Source: an uncultured Lachnospiraceae bacterium (GTDB taxonomy: Bacteria > Bacillota > Clostridia > Christensenellales > UBA1242). From it: 64,000 nucleotides of DNA. The stretch lies in assembly GCA_964606505.1 (NCBI GenBank), contig CAZSGM010000007.1:10993-74992 (forward strand), given 5' to 3'. The notes beneath the pieces were generated by a model, which saw only the letters and a program-made list of their open reading frames with translations, was not told the DNA's origin and did no database searches. Made by a program: the position numbers and the translations under genes. The stretch's first letter is position 1. Each line of letters opens with the position of its first letter. Positions 1-8,781 of the stretch are shown here, piece by piece.

Positions 1-2
1 AA

Positions 3-722
3 ATTCCTGTTGAGTCGCTAAAAGAAGTTAAATGGCGCGATAAGGGCGCAACGCTCCGCTCAATTTGTAAGGAACTCGACGTCGACGAAAAGTTTGTTGC
101 GATGTTTGAAGTGGATGACAAGAGTAACGACGAGCTGCTGTTTGTTACAAAGCAAGGTATGTCAAAGCGTACGCTGCTTAATAAGTATGCCGTTTCAAAG
201 CAGATTTATGTTGCAATCAAACTTAAAGAGGGTGACGCGCTTGTGAGCGTTTGCAAAGTGATAAAAGGCGAAACGCTTTTGATGGTTACAAAGCAAGGTA
301 TGGCACTTAATTGCGACGTTGAGGACATAGCCGTACTTGAAAGAGTTAGCCAAGGCGCAAAAGCAATGTCTGTCAATAAGGGCGACAACATTTGTTACGC
401 TGGCTCAATCCCTATGATTGGAGAACTTGTTTTGGCGACGCAGAAAGGGTTTGGCAAGCGTATTAATCTGGGCAACATTGAACTGGGCAAGAAGGCAAAT
501 AAGGGAACAAAAGTTTTTGCTATGATTGAAAACGACAGTATAGTTTTTGCCGATGTTTCAAATACTAACTCGCTTTACGCAGTCAAATTTAGCGGGAACA
601 GTGAGTTTGCTAAACGCGAGTTGAGAGAGTTTTTCCTTGATAGCAAGAAGGGCAAGGGTAAGAGTTTGTCCATAAATAAAAACGGCGACAAAATAAATAT
701 TGTTTATAAATTCAACTCGTAA
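3..722 (+). CDS. DNA gyrase / topoisomerase IV subunit A, C-terminal beta-pinwheel domain (5' end cut by window edge)
   Basis: Frame 3 stays open from position 3 to the TAA at 720-722. Repeated blade-like motifs (VTKQGMSKR, VTKQGMALN, ATQKGFGKR) are typical of the GyrA/ParC CTD. Confidence 0.6.
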   Translation: MPVESLKEVKWRDKGATLRSICKELDVDEKFVAMFEVDDKSNDELLFVTKQGMSKRTLLNKYAVSKQIYVAIKLKEGDALVSVCKVIKGETLLMVTKQGMALNCDVEDIAVLERVSQGAKAMSVNKGDNICYAGSIPMIGELVLATQKGFGKRINLGNIELGKKANKGTKVFAMIENDSIVFADVSNTNSLYAVKFSGNSEFAKRELREFFLDSKKGKGKSLSINKNGDKINIVYKFNS

Positions 723-858
723 ATGGGTGCAGATTTGTATGCGTTTCGTGAAAAATGTCGAATAAATACGTAAATTGCGTTTAAATGCTTTTGTTTTAAA
801 TTTTGAATGTGTTAAAATTAAACGCAATGATTTGCAAATAATATTAAATGGAGTATTT

Positions 859-2256
859 ATGGACGGAGTTTTACAAAAGTATGACGTTGTCATAATTGGG
901 GGAGGAATTGGCGGCATTATGACCGCTTACAAATTGAGCAAACAAAACAGCAAACTCAAAATTTTGCTGCTTGAAAAGGGGAACGACCTTGCAGATAGAA
1001 AGTGCCCACTTATTACCGCAAACAAGGGTAAGGGCGGCTGCCTAAAGTGCCCAAATTGCGCAATTATGAGCGGAATGGCGGGCGCGGGCGCGTTTAGCGA
1101 CGGGAAATATGTTATCGGAACCGAGTATGGCGGTTGGCTAACTGATTTTCTGCCGCAAGAAACAGTTTTATCGTACATCAAACAGGCGGACGATGTTCTT
1201 GTCGAGTTTGGTGCAACTACAAAGGTTTTTCAACCAAACGACGAACTCAAGCGCGAGTGCTTGCAGTATGATTTACACTTAAAACAAACCGAGCTTAAAC
1301 ATCTTGGTACGGATAACAACTATTACACAATGCTAAAGTTGATTGACTACCTAAAGACAAAAGTAACCATTTTGACTAAGGCAAAGGTGTTTGATGTTGA
1401 TAAAAACACAAACACGGTGTTATTTAATTACCAAAACACCGAAGTTTCAGTTGTCGGTAAGCACATTGTGTTTGCAGTCGGCAGAGCAGGGAGCCAAGAC
1501 TTTAGAGGCTGGTGCGATAAAAACGGAGTTGAGTGCAACAATAATCAGGTTGACCTTGGCGTGCGCGTTGAGTTGCCTGCAATTATTTGGGAGAAGTTTA
1601 GTAAGAAGATTTACGAGCCAAAGGTTTGGTATCGCACAAAAGCTTACGGCGACGTTGTGCGTATGTTTTGCTTTAACGAGCGCGGACATGTTGTTATGGA
1701 AAACACGGATAGTGTCCTAACAATTAACGGACACAGTTACGCGCAGGAAGATAAGAAAACAAAGAATAGTAACTTTGCGTTGCTTTCAACTAGTACTTTT
1801 ACGCAGCCGTTTAAGGCGCCAATTGAGTACGCAAGGTATGTTGCCTCGCTCGCAAACAAAATTAGCGGCGGTAGTGTGCTCGTGCAAAGGTTTGGCGACC
1901 TTGTAAAAGGCAGAAGGACAACTCCTGAAAGGTTAAAAGAGTCAACAACGGTACCAACCCTTGATGCAGTTCCAGGGGATTTGGCGCTTTGTATGCCAAA
2001 AAGACAACTCGACAACATCGTCGAAACAATTTACGCGCTTGACAAAATCGCCCCCGGCACGGCAAACATGGACACACTTTTGTATGGAATTGAGTGTAAG
2101 TACTATGCGACACGCCCTGAAACAGACGACTTTGAAATTAAAGGGTGCAAAAACATTTACGCAATCGGCGATGGTGGCGGCTTCACTCGTAGTTTGAGCC
2201 ACGCAGCTGCACATGGCTTGTATATTGCGGATAAAATTTTAAATACAAACAAGTAA
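859..2256 (+). CDS. FAD-dependent oxidoreductase (COG2509-like uncharacterized dehydrogenase)
   Basis: N-terminal dinucleotide-binding motif DVVIIGGGIGGIMTAY and C-terminal IGDGGG. The ATG at 859 is preceded by GGAG; the listed ORF start at 775 has no SD. Confidence 0.6.
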   Translation: MDGVLQKYDVVIIGGGIGGIMTAYKLSKQNSKLKILLLEKGNDLADRKCPLITANKGKGGCLKCPNCAIMSGMAGAGAFSDGKYVIGTEYGGWLTDFLPQETVLSYIKQADDVLVEFGATTKVFQPNDELKRECLQYDLHLKQTELKHLGTDNNYYTMLKLIDYLKTKVTILTKAKVFDVDKNTNTVLFNYQNTEVSVVGKHIVFAVGRAGSQDFRGWCDKNGVECNNNQVDLGVRVELPAIIWEKFSKKIYEPKVWYRTKAYGDVVRMFCFNERGHVVMENTDSVLTINGHSYAQEDKKTKNSNFALLSTSTFTQPFKAPIEYARYVASLANKISGGSVLVQRFGDLVKGRRTTPERLKESTTVPTLDAVPGDLALCMPKRQLDNIVETIYALDKIAPGTANMDTLLYGIECKYYATRPETDDFEIKGCKNIYAIGDGGGFTRSLSHAAAHGLYIADKILNTNK

Positions 2257-2288
2257 CAATTGTTGCTTGTTCTCAGTTTGAGGTGTTA

Positions 2289-3584
2289 ATGAGAATAAAA
2301 ATAAAAAACGCAACGCTGCTTGATTTAGAAGAAGAAACAACCAAAATCGGGCAAACAGTTTGCGTAGAAAATGGGATAATCACTTTTGTCGGCGACGACA
2401 ACAGCCTGTTTGCGGTTTCGTTTGCTTTTGATAGAGAGATAGACTTCAATGGCGATGTTTTGCTGGCAGGTTTTGTAAATGCGCACGCGCATAATGCGAT
2501 GACGCTTTTTAGGGGGCTTAAAGACGATGTTGCGCTTGACGAGTGGTTGTACGATAATATGTTGGTTATTGAAAAGAATTTAACACCTGAAGATGTTTAC
2601 TATGGGACAGTTTTGGGGCTGCTTGAGGGCATTAAGAGCGGTATAACCACAAATTTGGACGCTTACTTTTTCAATGAGGAGATTGTTAGGGCGAATGTAG
2701 ATGTTGGTACGCGAGTTGTTTGTGCAGTGGACGCAACAGCCAATGAAAATCCGGATAGAAGAGCATTTTTAGAAAAGAGCCTCAAAAACTTGCAGAGTAA
2801 GTTTAATTGCGATAGGGTGGGCTACATTGGTTATGCGCATTCTATTTACACAATGGATGAGCAGCAACTGGAGGATACTTTGCTCTTTGCAAATGACTTT
2901 AAACTCAATCTCCACATTCATTTGGCTGAAACTTTGAATGAGGTGGGCGAGTGTTATTCAAAAAGGAACAAAACCCCTGTTCAATACTTAGAAGAGATTG
3001 GCTTTTTTGAACGCCCGTGCCTGCTCGCACACGCAATTCACATTGATAAGGATGACTACATTATTTTGCAGCAGCATGATGTTTCCATTGCGCATTGTCC
3101 TGCAAGCAACCTAAAACTTGGCAGCGGTTTTGCGCCAGTTTACGGATATATGCAGAATGGTATTAATGTTTGCTTAGGGACGGATGGACCGGCGTCAAAT
3201 AATTCAATCAATATGTTTAGAGAGATATATTTGGCGGCGACATTACAAAAGGCGGTTTACAGCGACTCAACAGCAATTGGCGCGTATCAAGCGCTTAAAA
3301 TGGCAACGATAAACGGGGCAAAGGCGCTAGGGTTCAATAACGTTGGGCTGGTAAAAGAGGGGTACAAGGCTGATTTAATTAGAATAAGTTTCAATGATGT
3401 CAATATGCAGCCTGTCAATAACTATGTTTCAAGCGTCGTTTATTCCTGCAATCCAAGTAACGTTACAATGACGATGGTAAATGGGGAAATCATTTACGAA
3501 AATGGGAAGTTTATGAACGGAATAAATGTTGAAGAAATAATAAAAAAATGTCAAAACGCGCTCGCTAGGCTGAAAAAAAGTTAA
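2289..3584 (+). CDS. mtaD: Metal-dependent amidohydrolase, 5-methylthioadenosine/S-adenosylhomocysteine deaminase-like
   Basis: VNAHAHNAMTLFRGLKDDVALDEWL (HxH metal motif), HLAET and GTDGPASNN motifs are typical of the MtaD/guanine-deaminase superfamily. GAGGTG SD sits before the ATG at 2289. Confidence 0.6.
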   Translation: MRIKIKNATLLDLEEETTKIGQTVCVENGIITFVGDDNSLFAVSFAFDREIDFNGDVLLAGFVNAHAHNAMTLFRGLKDDVALDEWLYDNMLVIEKNLTPEDVYYGTVLGLLEGIKSGITTNLDAYFFNEEIVRANVDVGTRVVCAVDATANENPDRRAFLEKSLKNLQSKFNCDRVGYIGYAHSIYTMDEQQLEDTLLFANDFKLNLHIHLAETLNEVGECYSKRNKTPVQYLEEIGFFERPCLLAHAIHIDKDDYIILQQHDVSIAHCPASNLKLGSGFAPVYGYMQNGINVCLGTDGPASNNSINMFREIYLAATLQKAVYSDSTAIGAYQALKMATINGAKALGFNNVGLVKEGYKADLIRISFNDVNMQPVNNYVSSVVYSCNPSNVTMTMVNGEIIYENGKFMNGINVEEIIKKCQNALARLKKS

Positions 3585-3677
3585 TATATGGCTAAAAAAT
3601 CAAATTTTGAGCGCAATTTACTTGCCAAAAGTTGTTTATTTTTGGTAAACTATTATAGTTTGTTAATGAGGTGAAAA

Positions 3678-4208
3678 ATGCAAATAGAAATTTTGTCAAA
3701 AGATTATAACATCAGCGAAAAGTTAAAAACAATTATCGCTAAGAAAATAGAAAAATTGGATAGATACTTCAACGACGAGGCTCAAGCTCAAGTTTATTGC
3801 AAATTTGAAAACGGGCTTTATAAAATGGAAGTAACAGTTAAGGATAAATATGCTTTCTTTAGAAGTGAAGTTGCAAGCGACAATATGTACGTAAACATCG
3901 ACACTGCGCTTTCTAAAATTGAAAGACAGATTTATAAAAACAGAGACAAGCTTAAGGACAAATTCAAAAAGACTTCATTTGAGGTTGAAGAATTTGAATT
4001 CTTGGCTGACGAACCAGTGGTTGCAGCAAGCAAGATTGCTAGAGTTAAAAAGTTTGAACTCGTTCCTACAACAGTAGAGGATGCGATTGACAGCCTTGAA
4101 CTTACTGACCACGACTTCTACGTATTTATGAATGCAGAGACTGGAAAGGTTAACGTTGTTTACCGCAGACGCGACAACAACTACGGACACATTGAACTTG
4201 ATTATTAG
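3678..4208 (+). CDS. hpf: Ribosome hibernation promoting factor, long form
   Basis: N-terminal MQIEI..KDYNISEKLK..IEKKIEKLDRYF sigma54-modulation/S30AE fold plus a C-terminal dimerisation domain (176 aa). GAGGTG SD. Confidence 0.8.
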   Translation: MQIEILSKDYNISEKLKTIIAKKIEKLDRYFNDEAQAQVYCKFENGLYKMEVTVKDKYAFFRSEVASDNMYVNIDTALSKIERQIYKNRDKLKDKFKKTSFEVEEFEFLADEPVVAASKIARVKKFELVPTTVEDAIDSLELTDHDFYVFMNAETGKVNVVYRRRDNNYGHIELDY

Positions 4209-4228
4209 TTGCAAATTTGGAGGGCAAA

Positions 4229-4936
4229 ATGGCGGACTATAATGAAATTTTTGACATTCTAAAAAAAGAACGTCAAGATTTGTTTGCTAAATTGAAAGAA
4301 AAGAAAAATTTGCAGCAGCAGGAATATGAGGAAATTAAAAACTTCAGTGAAAAGACCAAGGAGCGCTACAGCCAGTATTACGACGCAATAAACAATGAAA
4401 TTGGCAACCTTAATGCCAATATGTCAAAGTATCAAGACGAATTGTTTGTTGGTGGCTTCATAGATATTCAAAAGTTCACTAACGAGGTTTGCACGCTTTT
4501 ATCGCAGAGGACAAGTTTTGAGTGGGAAATTTTGGCGATTGCGTTCACATACAAAAAGCGCAAAAAGGGCGTTTTTGGGCTTCAGCTGATTGATACGGAC
4601 GCAAACATTATTGCAGTTGCTAAAAAGGATGTTTTTTCTGAAGATTTGACAAGGGCGATATTCGGGCAAAAGGATTGGCTAAATAACAATCAAGCAATGA
4701 TGGCGTTCCTTGAGCACGTTAAGCGCGGCGACATTGTTTTGTTGCACATCGTTGAAAGGGAAAACGACAAAGAGAAACTGCTAAACTTGTTTGAAAGCGG
4801 ATTTAATGGCGACTTTGATAGGTATCTATTGAGGTTCGACCTTTACTATAACGATAAAAACCCAACGAATAAGTATCCATTTTTGCAGGATTATTTGGAT
4901 AGTTATGTGTTTGAAAAACTACTTAATAAAAAATAA
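4229..4936 (+). CDS. Hypothetical protein (N-terminal coiled-coil-like region)
   Basis: Long ORF with GGAGGG SD before the ATG at 4229. I recognised no family motif. Confidence 0.5.
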   Translation: MADYNEIFDILKKERQDLFAKLKEKKNLQQQEYEEIKNFSEKTKERYSQYYDAINNEIGNLNANMSKYQDELFVGGFIDIQKFTNEVCTLLSQRTSFEWEILAIAFTYKKRKKGVFGLQLIDTDANIIAVAKKDVFSEDLTRAIFGQKDWLNNNQAMMAFLEHVKRGDIVLLHIVERENDKEKLLNLFESGFNGDFDRYLLRFDLYYNDKNPTNKYPFLQDYLDSYVFEKLLNKK

Positions 4937-4993
4937 CTAAACATTTTGCAGGTAAAACATTTAGTTAGTAAATAAAGGTTAATAATTATAATG

Positions 4994-5017
4994 AAAAAAG
5001 CACAAATATGTGCTTTT
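4994..5017. terminator. Bidirectional intrinsic terminator between convergent genes
   Basis: 8-bp stem AAAGCACA / TGTGCTTT with a 4-nt loop, flanked by an A-run and a T-run. Confidence 0.7.
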
Positions 5018-5020
5018 ATC

Positions 5021-5155
5021 TTATAGTTTTTCAACTTGTTTTTTGAGTTCTTGCTTACCTTTTTGTACTGCCTTTTGAATTGGCTCACAAGATTGAGTTA
5101 GGAATGCTCCAAATACCATTCCAACCATCATTCCAAGAATTAAACTCTCTTTCAT
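5021..5155 (-). CDS. Small membrane-anchored protein, 44 aa (YtxH-like architecture; below the ORF-track length cut-off)
   Basis: Hand translation: MKESLILGMMVGMVFGAFLTQSCEPIQKAVQKGKQELKKQVEKL. GGAGG lies 5 nt upstream of the ATG at 5155 and the terminator follows directly. Confidence 0.55.
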   Translation of the reverse strand: MKESLILGMMVGMVFGAFLTQSCEPIQKAVQKGKQELKKQVEKL

Positions 5156-5240
5156 AGTTGCCTCCTATAATTGAAGCGTGTGGCTTCATAATAGTATTTG
5201 TAATTTTAGTTGATTTATTAGAAAAATAAAAGGAAATTTT

Positions 5241-5777
5241 ATGAAAAATATTGTAGTAAATTTTTTTGGTGCCCCAGGGGCGGGGAAGTCCACAGCAATG
5301 GCATACGTTTTTGCTCATTTAAAAATGCGCGGGATAAATTGCGAAATGGCGCCCGAGTTTGCAAAGGAACTGTTTTTTGAGGATAACCAAACTGCCTTTG
5401 GAAACCAAGTTTACATTTTAGGCAACCAATACTATAGGATTAGTAGGTTGCTTAACCAAGTTGACGTGATTATAACCGACGCGCCAGTGTTTGTTAGCGT
5501 TTATTATAACTCTCTCACGCACGCAAAGGACGAGTTCAACCAATACGTTGTTGAAGCAGCAAAGGGATTTAACAACAAAAACTACTACTTAAAACGCGTT
5601 GTTGAGTACGACTCAAATGGTCGCCACCAAACGGAAGACCAAGCAAACGAGGTTGGCGAAACGTTGCTTTCACTGTTTGAAAAGTATGGGATTGAGTACG
5701 AGTTTGCTAGTTCACTCCCTGAGTCGCTTGATAAAATTGTCGACGACATTGTAAAAGCAGTCAATGAGGCGGATTAG
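5241..5777 (+). CDS. P-loop NTPase / AAA-type ATP-binding protein of unknown role
   Basis: Walker A motif FFGAPGAGKST at the N-terminus and a Walker B-like VIITD. Confidence 0.55.
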   Translation: MKNIVVNFFGAPGAGKSTAMAYVFAHLKMRGINCEMAPEFAKELFFEDNQTAFGNQVYILGNQYYRISRLLNQVDVIITDAPVFVSVYYNSLTHAKDEFNQYVVEAAKGFNNKNYYLKRVVEYDSNGRHQTEDQANEVGETLLSLFEKYGIEYEFASSLPESLDKIVDDIVKAVNEAD

Positions 5778-5939
5778 GTGGCTTGGCTAGGAATATGCGA
5801 AAAATGCGTTGTAATTGCTAGCAAATTCGCATATTTATCATTAAATGACAAATAATAACATATAGGCGTTAATTTGTATCGCAAAATATTTGTTTTTTTT
5901 GAAGATTTGTGATATAATAATGATAGTGGCAGGCAAATA

Positions 5940-6353
5940 ATGAAAAAAATGGGTGTTGATTTAGGACGAGTTCGTATTGGAATTGCACTTTCCGATGCGT
6001 TAAACATCTTTGCTTTCGCTCTAGAGACTTACAAACGCAGGACTTTGAAAGAGGATTTGGAGCATTTGGCGAAGATTGCAAACGATAACGATGTTGATAC
6101 TATCGTGTTTGGGTTACCGTTAAATATGGACGGGACGCAGGGAGAAAAGTGTCAAGAAACTTACGAATTTGTAGATAACTTGAAAAAGTATACCGATAAA
6201 AATATCGTGTTTCAAGACGAAAGATTGACAACCGTTAGTGCCGAAAAAATGTTGATTGATGCAAATGTTTCGCGTCAAGGCAGAAAGCAGGTCATCGACA
6301 AGATTGCAGCCACGTTTATTCTGCAAAGTTATTTAGACAAAAAAAGTTTATAG
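5940..6353 (+). CDS. ruvX: Holliday junction resolvase-like / pre-16S rRNA nuclease RuvX (YqgF)
   Basis: MGVDLGRVRIGIALSD start and IVFGLPLNMDGT motif typical of the YqgF family. Confidence 0.8.
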   Translation: MKKMGVDLGRVRIGIALSDALNIFAFALETYKRRTLKEDLEHLAKIANDNDVDTIVFGLPLNMDGTQGEKCQETYEFVDNLKKYTDKNIVFQDERLTTVSAEKMLIDANVSRQGRKQVIDKIAATFILQSYLDKKSL

Positions 6354-6362
6354 GAGTTTATT

Positions 6363-6671
6363 ATGGAAAAGAATGCAATTGAAAGATTATTGGACGAAAA
6401 CGACCTAGGGACAATCGTTCTTTATGACGAAAACGACAAGGAAGTTGAGTTTGAACAAATTGCGATTATTCCTTACGAAAACGAGGTTTATGCAATTTTA
6501 AAGCCAGTTAAGGAGATGGAAGGCGTTGCTGACGACGAAGCAATTGTATTCCTGTTGGATGCAGACGAAGAATCTGAAGATGTTTTGTCTGTTGTTGAAG
6601 ATGACGCAATTATTGACGCAGTTTTTGACGCGTACTATAAATTGTTGGACGAAGACGAAAATAATGACTAA
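6363..6671 (+). CDS. DUF1292 (YrzB/UPF0473-like) protein
   Basis: Small acidic protein with the E.EFE..A.I.YE...YAIL pattern, in its usual position directly after ruvX. Confidence 0.6.
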   Translation: MEKNAIERLLDENDLGTIVLYDENDKEVEFEQIAIIPYENEVYAILKPVKEMEGVADDEAIVFLLDADEESEDVLSVVEDDAIIDAVFDAYYKLLDEDENND

Positions 6672-6676
6672 ATCGC

Positions 6677-6705
6677 TTGACAAAATCATATTTATATGAT
6701 AGAAT
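6677..6705 (+). promoter_or_regulatory. Sigma-A type promoter of the rimP-nusA-infB operon
   Basis: TTGACA (6677-6682), 17-nt spacer, TAGAAT (6700-6705). Confidence 0.6.
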
Positions 6706-6721
6706 ACAAGTGTTATGATGT

Positions 6722-6755
6722 AAAATTGAGAGTGGCCGGTGCCACTCTCAATTTT
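6722..6755 (+). promoter_or_regulatory. Leader stem-loop (terminator/attenuator-like) upstream of rimP
   Basis: 15-bp stem AAAATTGAGAGTGGC / GCCACTCTCAATTTT with loop CGGT. It lies between the promoter and the rimP SD. Confidence 0.5.
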
Positions 6756-6769
6756 ATAAGGGAGAAATT

Positions 6770-7228
6770 ATGTCGAAAAATACCGATTTAATCGAAAAAG
6801 AAATCGAACCTATAGTTGAGTCTTGCGGTTGCAAGTTACTTGAAGTTGAATATGCTAAGAGTGCAGACGGGATGACGCTTACAGTCTTTATTATTAAAGA
6901 GGGAGGCGTTACTATCGACGATTGTGAGAAAGTTCACAATGCGATTGACCTTAAAGTTGACGAGATTGATATTTCGAATGGCGAGCCTTACAATTTGAGT
7001 GTGTCGTCGTTTGGATTAACTAGACAATTGAAAAACACTAAAGAGTTTGAGTACAGAATGAACGAGACGCTGGAAGTTAAATTGTTTGCGCCTTTGGATG
7101 ATAAAAAAGAATTTGAAGGCAGGTTGACTTTTGTTGACGAAGATAATATTACATTAGTCGATGACGATAAAGAAATAAGTATTCCGCGCAAGGCGATTGC
7201 GAGCGCGAAATTAAAGTTGGATTTTTAG
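6770..7228 (+). CDS. rimP: Ribosome maturation factor RimP
   Basis: Position directly upstream of nusA, 152 aa, and N-terminal pattern typical of RimP (YlxS). Confidence 0.8.
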   Translation: MSKNTDLIEKEIEPIVESCGCKLLEVEYAKSADGMTLTVFIIKEGGVTIDDCEKVHNAIDLKVDEIDISNGEPYNLSVSSFGLTRQLKNTKEFEYRMNETLEVKLFAPLDDKKEFEGRLTFVDEDNITLVDDDKEISIPRKAIASAKLKLDF

Positions 7229-7240
7229 GAGATAAAATAA

Positions 7241-8494
7241 ATGATTAGTAAAGATTTTTTCAGTGCTTTGGATGACCTTGAAGAGCAAAAAAATATTAAT
7301 AAAGAAGAATTTATCAAAATTTTGGAGACTGCCTTAACATCGGCATACAAAAAGAATTTTGGCGAGGCAAAGTCTGCGTTTGTTAAGTTGATGCCAGAGA
7401 AAAACACAATCAAAATTTATGCATACAAGACCATTGTTGAGGAAGTTGAAGATTCAGAAAAGCAAATTTCGCTTGAGGATGCAAAAAAACTTAAGAGTAC
7501 ATATAAAATCGGCGATTTGGTTACCGAAGAAGTTGTGCCAAAAGAAGATTTTGGGAGAATTGCGGCTCAAACTGCTAAGCATATCATTATGCAGAGAATT
7601 CACGAAGCAGAGAAAGAAAAGTTAATTCAGGAAATCAACGGCAAGGAAAACGAGATTGTAACGGGTTACATTACGCGCAAGGATGAAAAGAATGTTTACG
7701 TCGAAATCGGCGGAACAAATATCTACGCTGTTTTAAGTAACTACGACCAAATCGCAGGCGAGCAATACAACATTGGCGACAAGATTAAGGTTTTTGTTAA
7801 GCAAATTAAGGATACACCTTTTGGCCCACAAATTTGCGTTTCTCGCAAAGTTGCAGGTTATGTAAGACGCTTGCTTGAAATTGAAGTGCCTGAGATTGAA
7901 AACGGCGAAGTTATTATCAAGAGCATTTCAAGAGAAGCAGGGCTTAGGACAAAGATTGCTGTTGCTGCTAGCAATGATAGTATTGACCCAGTTGGCGCTT
8001 GTATTGGTAACAAGGGTGCAAGAATTAACACGTTGACGGCTGAGTTGAACGGCGAGAAAATTGACGTTATCGAATATTGCGAGGATCCGTTCGTTTACAT
8101 TGCACGTGCACTTTCACCTGCAACGGTTAAGAGCGTTGAAATCGACGAACTTAACCACAGTGCAAAGGTTATCGTTGATAAGAGCGTTTTATCGTTGGCA
8201 ATCGGTAAAAATGGGCACAATGTTAGACTTGCTGCAAAGTTGACAGGATATAAAATCGACGTTAAAACTGAGGATGAGGAAGAGAAGGATATGTTTGCGC
8301 CTAGCGTTGCGTCTGAACTTGCTGAAGACGACTTTATTGTCGCGGGCGACGATGACGACACTGTTGACAGCTTCGAGACGAGCGAAAGCGAAGCGTTGGA
8401 TAATTCCGAAATCCAAAAGGATGCTGAAATTGAAAGTTTGGCGTCAGAGGGCGACGACATATTTGAAGTTTCATTTGACGACGAAGATAAGTAG
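7241..8494 (+). CDS. nusA: Transcription termination/antitermination factor NusA (with acidic C-terminal tail)
   Basis: S1 and KH domain motifs (DPVGACIGNKGARI, AIGKNGHNVRLAAKLTGYKIDV) and conserved operon context. Confidence 0.9.
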   Translation: MISKDFFSALDDLEEQKNINKEEFIKILETALTSAYKKNFGEAKSAFVKLMPEKNTIKIYAYKTIVEEVEDSEKQISLEDAKKLKSTYKIGDLVTEEVVPKEDFGRIAAQTAKHIIMQRIHEAEKEKLIQEINGKENEIVTGYITRKDEKNVYVEIGGTNIYAVLSNYDQIAGEQYNIGDKIKVFVKQIKDTPFGPQICVSRKVAGYVRRLLEIEVPEIENGEVIIKSISREAGLRTKIAVAASNDSIDPVGACIGNKGARINTLTAELNGEKIDVIEYCEDPFVYIARALSPATVKSVEIDELNHSAKVIVDKSVLSLAIGKNGHNVRLAAKLTGYKIDVKTEDEEEKDMFAPSVASELAEDDFIVAGDDDDTVDSFETSESEALDNSEIQKDAEIESLASEGDDIFEVSFDDEDK

Positions 8495-8502
8495 GGGTGA
8501 AG

Positions 8503-8754
8503 ATGAGTACGCCTTTAAGAATGTGTTGTGTTTGTAGAAAAATGTTTCCGCAAGCAGAATTGATTAGAATAACCAAAACTAAGGATAACACAATTTTAAT
8601 AAACAGCGGCAAACAGAAAATCTTTGGGCGCAGCGCCTATTTGTGTCATAGCAAGGAGTGTTTGCAGGCTCTAGTAAAAAAACGTGGCTTAAATCGCGCA
8701 TTTAAGCAAGAAGTACCACAAAAAATATACGACGAATTGACAAAAGACAGTTAA
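8503..8754 (+). CDS. ylxR: YlxR/RnpM family RNA-binding protein (DUF448)
   Basis: PLRMCCVCRK motif and location between nusA and infB. Confidence 0.75.
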   Translation: MSTPLRMCCVCRKMFPQAELIRITKTKDNTILINSGKQKIFGRSAYLCHSKECLQALVKKRGLNRAFKQEVPQKIYDELTKDS

Positions 8755-8781
8755 TGTGGTAAAATACAAATCAAAGAGGTA

